Shown here: positions 12,201 to 22,200 of the stretch, piece after piece
Layout: the number at the start of each line of letters is the position of its first letter
Numbering within the stretch: position 1 is the first letter of the stretch
From: Auanema rhodensis
Taxonomy: Eukaryota > Animalia > Nematoda
Assembly (NCBI GenBank): GCA_964057225.1
Contig: OZ059897.1
Location: forward strand, 13,578,001 to 13,642,000
DNA length: 64,000 nt
Reading direction: 5' to 3'
The notes under the pieces: model-generated
What the model saw: the letters and a program-made list of their open reading frames with translations, nothing else
Databases searched by the model: none
Told to the model about the DNA's origin: nothing
Made by a program: the position numbers and the translations under genes

Positions 12201-13356
12201 AGCTTTTCCTATTTGATCATGGATTATAAAATGATGTTGAAAATGAATTCTATGGATATTCACAATAAGAATCAAATCTCCAGAGATTTTTTCTCTTTTC
12301 TTTTTCCATTTAAAAACATGTTTCATAGGCTTTAGGACACAGAAACAAACACCCTCCAGGAAAATTTCCTCATTCATGTCCTCATTTTTCGTTTTTCATT
12401 TCTCTATGAACAAAAGCAAACGAACTATGACGCATCAGAAGAACAATGAGATAATATTTTTCTCGATTTGGAGTGCATCTCTAAATAGATGGTCGATTTG
12501 CTTTTGATGCATTGAGCAACACAAAATAGAAACAACTTACCATCTTATGCTTGTCAACTATTACAAGTTAAACTTTCTAGCAAATAGTTGTTTTCTCAAA
12601 TAGTTTAACTCAATTTCATAACAGAATATTATTCTAAAAATATTTTATCTTCCGCATTACAAAAATAGAAATAAAATATGAAATATTTCTGAGATAGCTT
12701 GCTGTGGGTGTTATCGTATAAATATAGTTAGTATAAGTATCCTAACAACTCTGTCTTTCAGAAAGATTTTTGTGATTCCTGTTGCACAAATGAGGTTAGA
12801 TATCGGCATTTTGTGTGCTGATGGATGATATCTCAATATATTTGTTTTGTCTGCTAAAAAAAAATATAAAATGCGCTTAAATTACGGTTATAGGCATAAC
12901 TATATGTTGCATAGATTATTAGTTATTAGTAAATTAGTTTTAATTGCCTGTTCAAATGGTTGTTCATGTTTTTGTGATGAAGCTAGTTGATATTGTTACT
13001 GATATCTTCGTTTACAGTGTGTTATCCGCAATTCTCTTATCAATGGAGAATGGGGAAATGAGGAACGTGAAGGAAAGAATCCCTTTGAAAAGAACGTTGG
13101 ATTTGATCTCGAGATCAAGAACGAGGAATTCGCTTTCCAGGTATATTACTAAAGCTTTGAATGTTTTATATTACTGCATTATTCAGGTCTTCATTAACGG
13201 AGAACGATTCGCTTCCTATGCTCACCGCATTGACCCCCACGAGATTGCTGGTCTTCAAATTCAGGGAGATCTTGAGCTAACCGGAATTCAGGTTTGCACA
13301 ACGCCAATACAGTTTGTAACATAATGTTTTGAATTTTCCAGGTTGTTGGAAACTAA
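5654..13356 (+). CDS. lec-3: Tandem-repeat (two-CRD) galectin, lec-3 orthologue
   Basis: GT-AG exons 5654-5671, 8354-8442, 8496-8583, 10833-10964, 11096-11203, 11402-11493, 11541-11610, 13018-13140, 13187-13291 and 13342-13356 splice in frame. Product: MSEKNYNIPYRSKLTEKIEPGQTLIIRGK...HISVRFDEGK...WGKEER...WGGKYYPVPYESGIAADGLVPGK...HFNPRFDEK...WGNEEREGKNPF...GLQIQGDLELTGIQVVGN*. Both CRDs carry the galectin motifs, and the sequence closely resembles C. elegans LEC-3 as I recall it. Confidence 0.93.
7200..7232 (+). CDS. lec-3: Candidate alternative first coding exon of lec-3 (MPTLWHFAKYI)
   Basis: ATG at 7200, 33 nt, perfect GTAAGT donor in phase 0. This matches the phase of the 8354 acceptor (NIPYRSKL). 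Confidence 0.5.
9174..9211. repeat. (TA)n microsatellite
   Basis: Uninterrupted TA run in a lec-3 intron. Confidence 0.9.
11752..11787 (+). CDS. lec-3: lec-3 alternative micro-exon A (GNGLICGKLKPG)
   Basis: ttgtag|36 nt|gtatgt, phase 0-0, no stop, lying between PRFDEK and CVIRNS. It resembles the 12-aa insert ending ...PG that I recall in C. elegans LEC-3 isoforms. Confidence 0.75.
12062..12563. repeat. Nested imperfect inverted repeat (four paired blocks) in the lec-3 alternative intron
   Basis: 12062-12074 pairs with 12551-12563, 12093-12102 with 12524-12533, 12131-12145 with 12427-12441, and 12155-12164 with 12415-12424, all in nested order. Confidence 0.7.
12762..12794 (+). CDS. lec-3: lec-3 alternative micro-exon B (KDFCDSCCTNE)
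   Basis: ctttcag|33 nt|gttaga, phase 0-0, no stop, in the same intron as micro-exon A. Confidence 0.65.
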
Positions 13357-13860
13357 AATGCCCAAAATTCTTTCGTCCTTATCACTTCACCTCGGTTTCA
13401 TTGATTCTTTTTCTAAAAAGTATTAACTTTTTTTTCGAAACACTATGAAGCATTTGGATATTACAAGTTGCTTTTATTTTTATTTCTGAAAAAAATAACT
13501 TGAAGCCGTGAATTAAAAATCAGATTTTAGTTCTCGTCTAGGCTAGTCTTTGCTAGTCATATTGCTTTGTTTAATTTTCTTTTAAAATTTTTTTTCTAGC
13601 ATATATTCAAGAATAACATTTCCCCCCCTATTCTCTCCTAATCTTTCAACCGAGTTCATCCGGCCACAGACCAACAAATCCAAATAGTACTTTTTGACTA
13701 TCTAAGACAATCAATCACACAGAACAAACTATATTCTTTTTTTTTCTTATTCCATCGATTATTTGCTATTTCTTGCATTCAATTTTATACATAAAAGCAC
13801 AAAGCTTTTTTTTTCTTCAATCACTATAACATACTCCATTTGTGCCTATCCATCTGTTGA

Positions 13861-13866
13861 AATAAA
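13861..13866 (+). terminator. Probable poly(A) signal of lec-3
   Basis: AATAAA about 500 nt after the stop, following a pyrimidine-rich 3'UTR-like tract. Confidence 0.5.
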
Positions 13867-14438
13867 TGCTAACCTCTCATACGTTTTTTCTTCTATTTTT
13901 ACTATTTATAAACAATATAATTCTTTTTTCACAAAATAATAACAAATTAATTTACATGATTACATATTTGAATATAAACAAAAACAATTCATAATATATA
14001 CAGAAGCGATAACCCTAATGCCCAGCATATTTTATGAAAATGATAATTTAGTATGTAATTACGATCATTACATTGATTTATAGAGTATTATAAAGCAAAT
14101 AGATTATTCACAATCTAAGTTATTGATAACAAAAAATTGTTGAAATTATATTTCTATGTGTCACTTCAGTGTTATATCATATGACATAACAGTTTTACGT
14201 AGCTCAGTTGTAAAGCTTAATAAAACACGTGGTATTTCATTATATTTTCAGATATCATGTATAATTGAATATTAAACATTTAATAAATGATAAAATAGTT
14301 TATTTAATTAAAACTAGTTAACTTTTCAATAAAAAAAGGTACACATCTTAAATTAATTTCAACATGAAAAACTTGCTTAGCGCTTGGACACATTGTTGAT
14401 TTACATGGCTAAACATATCATGATCCAGACTAATCTGT

Positions 14439-15927
14439 TTAGATCTTAGCCTTAAGCATTTTAGGGTCAAGGAGATTTTTAAGTTTCATAGCCTTGGCAA
14501 TATTTCCCTTCAACTTCATCTTTCCTTGCATGAAAGCTTGATCGGGCTTCAGTTTACCAGCAGCAATAAGCATGAAGTCGGCATCCTTGATGTTGATTTC
14601 TACATCGACTGGCTTCTCGTCATGTCCAACGTAGGCTGGTTCAGACTGCAATGAGAATCATAGAGAATATGATATCTTTAACAGAATATGTACCTTGGTG
14701 TCGATGGTCCACTTCTTAACAGCTCCGTCAGAACCGGTAACATTAATTCTGAAAGCAGTAGCGATCTTAGTTACCAAAGCCTTCTCCTAAAAATGAGCGT
14801 TGTATATACAAAATGATATTTCAATTGCTGGTACCTCGCTGAGGCGCTCCTTGATTTCGTCAAAAATGATGTCAGACTTGAGACTCATGTTGCTGGTGGG
14901 GATAGCTGTAGAAACAGAAGAAGAGCTAGGGAAGGCTAAGCGATACAGAGCAACCACACCGGCTCCTCCGATTCCTGAAATAAATGAAAATAATTAATGA
15001 AAAATGAAAGAATTAATATGCAAATATGATTGCGACAATTGAAAATAGATGGACATGGATCAGAAAATAAGAATAGAACCGTTTTGGTTATCTTTTATGA
15101 TATCGAAACAGGTACTAGAGAAAGAAAAGGCGAAGATAGCTTGCTTAACAGGAACAACGAAGAAGAGCTTAACGAAAAAGATAAGAATTATTGAATGGCT
15201 CAGCTACAGCGAGGCATCCAATACCTAATTTTTGCATGAACAGAACGAATATATCATCTTCTAACATACTGATAACCTACTTCATTTTACGAAGTCTTCA
15301 CGAGTTATTTGGAAAAATGAATTACAAGGGTATTATTGAAATGATTCAAAAGACAATTTGCTGAGATCATTGTTGAAAAGGGAATCTTAGTTGTAGTGGA
15401 AGAAATATTGGAAAAATGAAAGAAGAAGAACATGTAGAGAGAAGTAGGTCAAACAGCTCAAATATTTTCAAACATCATGTGAAATATATAGTTATATATA
15501 ATATAATTATTGAAAATGGCGAAGAAATAACTATATATATCTATATGAAGTGGAAAATATAAGAGACAGAGAGAAAAAAATATATAACTATATATATACA
15601 TTTAGATATATAACAACAACACTACAACAATAACAACAATAACAGAAACAGAAACAAGGAAATCGACCTAGAATTTCAATAGATGAAGTTTAGCTAAGAA
15701 GTTGGAAGAGAGCTAGTAGAACAAGCTTCATGAAACATTAATGTGAGAGTGAAGAGTTCCCAAGTAAAAACTTCATATATAGTAGAATTATCATGTAAAA
15801 CATGGTTGTTCAAGCAAGAAAACGAAAGCAAATCAAGCAATTATCAGTAGACTTTTAGCGTGATGCGTGCAGAACGGGGAGGAGAAAGAAAACGGATACA
15901 TGACTAGACTACAATATGATAAGAAAG

Positions 15928-15962
<35 letters not shown>

Positions 15963-17747
15963 TTATTGATGTTATTCGATTATAAAAAATATTAACTTTA
16001 AAGAGTCAAACATACCAATGTTATGTTGCATTGCAACTTTAGCGTTTGGAACTTGACGCTTGCCACATTTACCGCGAAGTTGATTGGATAATTCAACAAC
16101 TTGTGCAACACCTTAATGAAATCATTATCTTGTTTTTCTTTAAGAAATCAATAAAAGACTACAAGTAATTTAAGCAAACCTGTAGCTCCGATAGGATGAC
16201 CTTTGGAAATTAATCCTCCGGAAGGATTGATAACCCATTTTCCACCATATGTGTTATCTCCACGATCGATTAATTCTCCGGCTTTTCCTAAGAATTTAAG
16301 ACATGAAATGCCAAGAGCGAAGAGCTATGAATTACATACCAATAGGGCAAAGTCCGATGGCCTCATATGTGATCAGTTCATTTGGAGCAAAACAGTCATG
16401 AAGTTCAATTACCTGAAAATGTGATGTTTCATCAGTGATGCTAGTTTTTCATTTGAATGCTTTTATCTTCATGTTCACTTGTTTGAGATTACCTGAACAT
16501 CATTAGGTGTAATTCCAGTTTCCTGGTAAAGTTGCTTGGATATCTTCTCAATCATGTCAAAACCAATCATCTTAATGTTTGATTTCTCAGCAAATACTGA
16601 TGGTTCATCAGTTCCGAGTTTCATGCCTATGAATTACTTCAATATTCCCAGTGTTTTTAGGACACACTTACCAACGAGCTCAACAGCTTGAGCTTTGAGA
16701 TGTGGATGCTTGTTCAAAAAGTTTTCTGAGCATAGAACAGCAGCAGCGGATCCATCAGAAGTTGGACTGCAAGTTAAAAAATCATATTTTTAAATCTTCA
16801 AAAATGAAACTACCTGCACTCTAAAAGTCCCATGAAATCATAGATCTTACGGGCATTCATAACTTGGTCGAATGTAAATTCTTTAGTGAATTGAGAGTTT
16901 CTAAAATGAAAACAAATTAAAATAAATTAAATAAACTTCAACTCACGGATTATGAACTGAATGAAGATGGTTCTTATGAGCAATCTTAGCGAAATGTTCA
17001 CGCTTAGTACCTAAACTATCACAATGAGTTACTAGACAGAATAACTTTCAAACCATATTTTTCCATGTGCTCAAGTCCAGCATTACCGAACATCTGAGCA
17101 GTGATTGGTACAGGGTGGATACCATAAGTGTCAGACATAACCTATAAAGTTTGAGCAATGAGTAAATTTGTATATAAGCTATGAAAACCTCTATATGATG
17201 ATCTACTGACAAAGCTCTGTCATCAGAGTGTCCAGCCTGAGCATCAAGAGAGCCTGCAGCCATCTTTTCAAATCCGACTGCGAGAACGCAATCAGCATTA
17301 CCTTACAAGAAAGAAAGCATAAGATTGGACATGACAATAGCAGCATCTTACCACTTTCAATAATTTGCTTGCAGAGGAAGACACCACTTGATCCGGAAGC
17401 ACAGGCATTGTTTACCTGTAGTGGAATATGTTCATTGTATACATCCTGAGACAAATAGATCTTACATTAAAAATAGGGATTCCGGTGAATCCAATCTCAT
17501 AGAGAGCTCTCTGACCACAGCAGGTTCCTCCGAACAAGTATCCAACAGTAGCTTGTTGAACATCTTGATATTTCAATTTACAATCATCCAAAGCCATTGT
17601 AACTGTATATAATGTAATAAAACTGTTTACTCTTTCACACTAGTTACCAGCTTCTTTAACCATATCTGGATAATCCCAGTTTTTGCTACCTGGCTTGCAG
17701 AATTTGGTCATTCCGACTCCAACAACGTAAACCTTAGTCTTAGTCAT
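14439..17747 (-). CDS. daf-22: SCPx: peroxisomal 3-ketoacyl-CoA thiolase (DAF-22-like) fused to a C-terminal SCP2 domain (NLT-1-like)
   Basis: Spliced product [20 protein letters not shown]...[10 protein letters not shown]...[10 protein letters not shown]...[10 protein letters not shown]...[18 protein letters not shown] continues with no stop into [16 protein letters not shown]...[20 protein letters not shown]...LKAKI*. It has the SCPx-type thiolase motifs (catalytic Cys, HDCF, GHP) and a PTS1-like AKI terminus. About 15 exons. Confidence 0.93.
14975..16015 (-). promoter_or_regulatory. Large intron with candidate internal promoter/outron for an SCP2-only transcript
   Basis: The intron is 1041 nt, whereas the gene's other introns are about 40-70 nt. 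TGATAA/TTATCA sites occur at 15270, 15788, 15841 and 15917. It ends in TTTCAG, and the first downstream ATG (14888) is the SCP2-domain Met. Confidence 0.5.
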
Positions 17748-17757
17748 TTTTTTCTGT

Positions 17758-18229
17758 CTGAAACAAATGAAACTTTTAAAATAATGGAAGTAGAAATTGA
17801 AGATAATAATTGAATGAATGATAAATTGAAAACAAAAATTTTGCTTTAATAATTAAAAATATTGACAAAATAAGCTATGAGTACAGGTTTGATAAGAATT
17901 CTCTTTTAAAGCGATGGACTATGAACGATAAACTAGAATATAGGTAAAACTTAGAAGAATGAACAGCATAGTACAAAATACAAGAACACAGTGATGCATG
18001 AACGAAAAACGGGAAAGGTTTAAAACTATATAATATTAATATTTAAAAAGATAATACGTATTTGTGAATTAGCCTGATTAATTGAATATTTTCTTTTTTT
18101 TTCTGCTGAAAAAGAAAGAAGATGTCAAAACGAAGATTAAATCCCAACTAGTGTGCAAGTTAAGAACGTATTTGAGTGTATTTTAGACTTTGATTGTCTC
18201 TGCAGTGAGAACAAGAGTCTGTATGATAA
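17758..18229 (-). promoter_or_regulatory. daf-22/SCPx upstream region: trans-splice-like acceptor and GATA sites
   Basis: TTTCAG lies 10 nt upstream of the ATG. TGATAA occurs at 17819, 17890 and 18224, a motif typical of ELT-2-driven intestinal genes. Confidence 0.5.
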
Positions 18230-18778
18230 GATAATATGATATTAACTGACTGATTTAGACGTATATATGTTTTTTTTTATTCGACAAATAGAAATAATAG
18301 GTGATGATATTACCAACAATAATATATATATATATATATTTAACTATATATATATATATATATACATATATAGTTAAGATATACAATAAATATTTGTAAG
18401 AAAAGATAATATGAAACAGACATTTTCATTGTTAAATCGATATAATCAAGCAATGTTAAAATCATGTTGGTATTAAGAAGATACAAATATAAAAGACAAA
18501 TGGACTGGTTCGATGCGATTGACCACGTTATAACTAATCAGTCTATTTCAATTGATATGCAAGTTTTTAAGTAATTTGTTACAATATTTTGATAATAGGT
18601 AAATATATGTACTGAAAATTATTCTATTTATAATAGAAGTATGGGTATGGAAAAATAATTCAATTTAAGTATAAGTATAAAATTTTAAAGTATATTGAAT
18701 AAAAATTTTAATTATTCTTATAAATTACAGTAATCTCTATTATATTTTAACGAATTATTTGAATGACTTTTGATTTTA

Positions 18779-18902
18779 CGTGAACTTTTAGGTTGTCTTC
18801 ACATAGCGCGTGAACTTTCACGTCCTTGTACGTCTATGTAACGTGAACTTTCACATATTGCCCACTTTCCTTTTAAAATTTTTGATTTCAATGAAATTCA
18901 CG
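18779..18902. promoter_or_regulatory. Cluster of CGTGAACTTT(CAC) / CGTGAA-N2-TTCACG motifs in the divergent daf-22/agr-1 intergenic region
   Basis: Copies at 18779, 18809 (perfect inverted repeat) and 18842, plus a variant at 18892, in otherwise very AT-rich DNA. Confidence 0.5.
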
Positions 18903-19245
18903 TTTAGTTTTTGAGATATAACTGCATTTGGTAATAGATTTCTAATATTTCTAATTCCATGTCTTAATTCATATTGTTTCTTTATAATTAATCTTATATA
19001 TGACATAATTTGTTTTTAGGCTCTTCCTTCTATGTTACTTCATTTGAATCTCATTGTCTTCTATTCATTGACGACGATGACCTTACATAACTGGCCCTTC
19101 ATGAAATCGTAAGAGTCGGCCGATGATGATGGGCGGAGCATCGTTGGCGGAGGTTAACCTGAGCTAATCCAATCTGAGCCAGATTTCTGTAGGCAAAGAC
19201 GTCGTTAGTAACGTGAAGAAAAGATAGTATTTTCTAAAATCTATA

Positions 19246-22200
19246 ATGAGTATACTATATTCAACTCATTTAAAATATTTATTATTAATATTTGTATTTA
19301 TAATATTATTATCTCAACTTGTTAATGCTAAAGTATGTGAACGAAAAAAAGCGGGACGTAAAGCTTTAAATGATTCATTAACTATAGCTGATGTTGTATT
19401 ATCAGCTACAATACGTGAAGTAACATTTGATACAGATGGATCTCTTCAGGTAATAGTACTTTACATCATTTTTATTATAAAGAAACTCATATTTCAGTCG
19501 CTATCCCTTAGAACACGTCGTATATTCAAAGGCCGGGAATATTTGACAGGAAAGCGTCATGTTACTGTTTTTGGAATAGAAGAAGTTGAAGTAAAGATTA
19601 TTTTTTATTTAATTTATACGTAGTTTATGAATAATTTTAGTGTCCTAAGCATTTATCTCTTCATTCGACTTTGGTATTCCCTCTATCAGTGTCCGGTGAT
19701 CACTTCTTCTTAGCTTCATCTATATTTCCAATTAATCTTAGCATTCTTGATTCTCTTCATGCATTTGCCAGAGGTTAGTAACAAAATTTTATTTATTTTT
19801 ATTTAATTATGTTATTTCTAATTTTTAAAATATCATATAATCTTAATCTACTCTTCATGTTCTATCAAAAATTCACAAATTAATATATTTGTTTTCACTC
19901 GCTTTTACTTGCTATGAACAAGTTTTAGTACTTTTAACTAGCTTGTCCTATTTTATACTTCTTTTCATCTCCTTCTAAGCACAATAATTAGCACATTATG
20001 AATTTTAATTGTCCTGGCTTCTCTCTCTTTCAATCTTTTCTTCATGAAAATATAATGAAAAGCATAGTAGCCTTATACTATTCTCTGAATAGCCAACCAG
20101 CTTGCTCACCAGCTAAGGTTATGTGCTCCAAATTTTAGGAGCAAATTTGTATTTTCCATGCTAATTGTTACAGAACCATGCTTGACAGGTGTTTAGCTGC
20201 TAGCATTGAGAACATATAGACATAGAAATATATAATTAGGGGTGTAATTGGCGCATCCTTATTGAATGAGATTTATGGTAAAATTCTGAAAATATGTTTT
20301 TTAAGTTGTTAACTACATGAAATTACTGTAATTCTATTTTTTTTATCCTTTATATAGAAAAATTATATAATTTAATCGGTACAAGTGATACATTTTACAT
20401 AATTGAGGTATTAATCCGTTTACATAATCTCATCTCCATATTATATCATTTTCTCTACTAGATTTCGTGTATCTCTGCGGTTTTTTTTTACAAATTTATT
20501 TTACTTATACGTATAATATGCGAAGATATTGAATATGTAATTGTGCTAATACAGGTCAAACTCTCTTATACTTGTGTATTTCTCGTAGCTGCCCAAATAT
20601 CTTCGCACCTGACCATGTCGCTTCTATTTGTATTTAGGATTTATAAAATAGCCATCTATTTTGCTACCTTTTCCACTATCATCATTAGTCTATCCGTTCT
20701 TTGGGTTCTGAATGTAAATGTTCCTTCTTTCAATACATCAATTGCTTTGAAAGAAGAATTTGTGTTAGCGAACATGACAAAATGAATTGAATAAGATTTT
20801 ATATGTATAAGTTGAACAAGAAAATATTAAAGTTTTCAAGTAACTATTTGCTCACGCAACTTTTAATCAAAATTTATTTTATAATATAGTCTTTATGTAA
20901 TACAATAAGTAAAGAGTTTTTTTTTAAAGAATAAGAATATTTAAAATTGAGAAAATCTTCTCTTTTGATGATATAAATCATTTTAGGATTACCACACCGG
21001 AAACGACGAAAACCCAAACATAGTAAGTCAATAGTTTTATTATGTTATAAAATAATAAAATAAATGTTATAGTACATAGTAAATATATAGATATACATAT
21101 CATTAAGACAGCTTTCCTTTTTTGATCTGACAATAAACATTTTTTTTATATGATCATGTCACGGTCATCCCTTTATAATATACAATTTTATTATTTGTTT
21201 GTTATTTGTTGTTTTTGTTTTAATTTCAATTAAACTAAAATCAGTTTTAACATTATAATTTAAAATATTTATTTTTATTTATTTCATTACATATAGTAAA
21301 TTTAAAATTAGAAAATAATATATTTCATGTTAAACGTATTCCGACAAACATTCTTAAGACCATATAGCTTGCTTCTGTTAATCCTTTTATACTTTTTGCA
21401 AAATATTTAATGTCTGATAATACTATGGGAATGTTAAAACACATTTTTCACGGATTTGTTGTTTGAGTAGACAAAATTTCTTCTTTTTGAAAAATATGCC
21501 AATTATTAGGGGATCGAAAATAAATTAATAATATCTGTTTTACTATATATTGAAGTAAATTATTAAAATTATATTATATATTATTATTATTTAAATTATA
21601 TTTTTAGCTGTATGTGAATCATCTTTGTGTCCATTAGGATCAAAATGTTCAATAGAAACGTAAGTTATTTGATATAATAATTGAAATATATTAATACTTT
21701 TAATTCTTGAAGTGGTATGTGCGAATGTCGAAGTCATTGTCGATCAGCTGGTCCTCCTGTATGTGGTACTGATCATGTATCATATGCTTCACATTGTCAT
21801 CTGTCTATCCGCTCTTGCTTATTACACAAAAAAGGAAAATCACAGCTCAAATTAGCTTCTCATGGTCATTGCAGTAAGTTTTTTTGCTCAAAATTTTAAA
21901 TACATAGCTAAAGAGCATTTGAGAGATATTTGACTATCTGACTTAAAAGTTCTATTCATGTTTATCCTAAATCAATATTCGGCATTCTTTCGACCTAAAC
22001 AACATAATTTACCTTTTGGATTACTGTATTCAGTGACCGTAGCTACTATACACAAACAGCGTCCTTTGCTTTCATGGCAATGCCAATGATTTTCTTTCAT
22101 TCCTAAACCAATCTATTTGAGAAAGAATATAGGGTAATCTTACTAAATACTATATTTCATTTTGAAATAAACGGTATGATGTTTTTCATGAGCCAAAAGC

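Noticed and set aside
12944-13324. 126-aa ORF in the track
   Set aside because: It is an artefact of reading across lec-3 introns. Only its last part is the true galectin frame.
19118-19180. C/D-box snoRNA-like pattern (ATGATGA...CTGA...CTGA)
   Set aside because: Too short, no convincing rRNA complementarity, and better explained as GC boxes in the agrin promoter/5' region.
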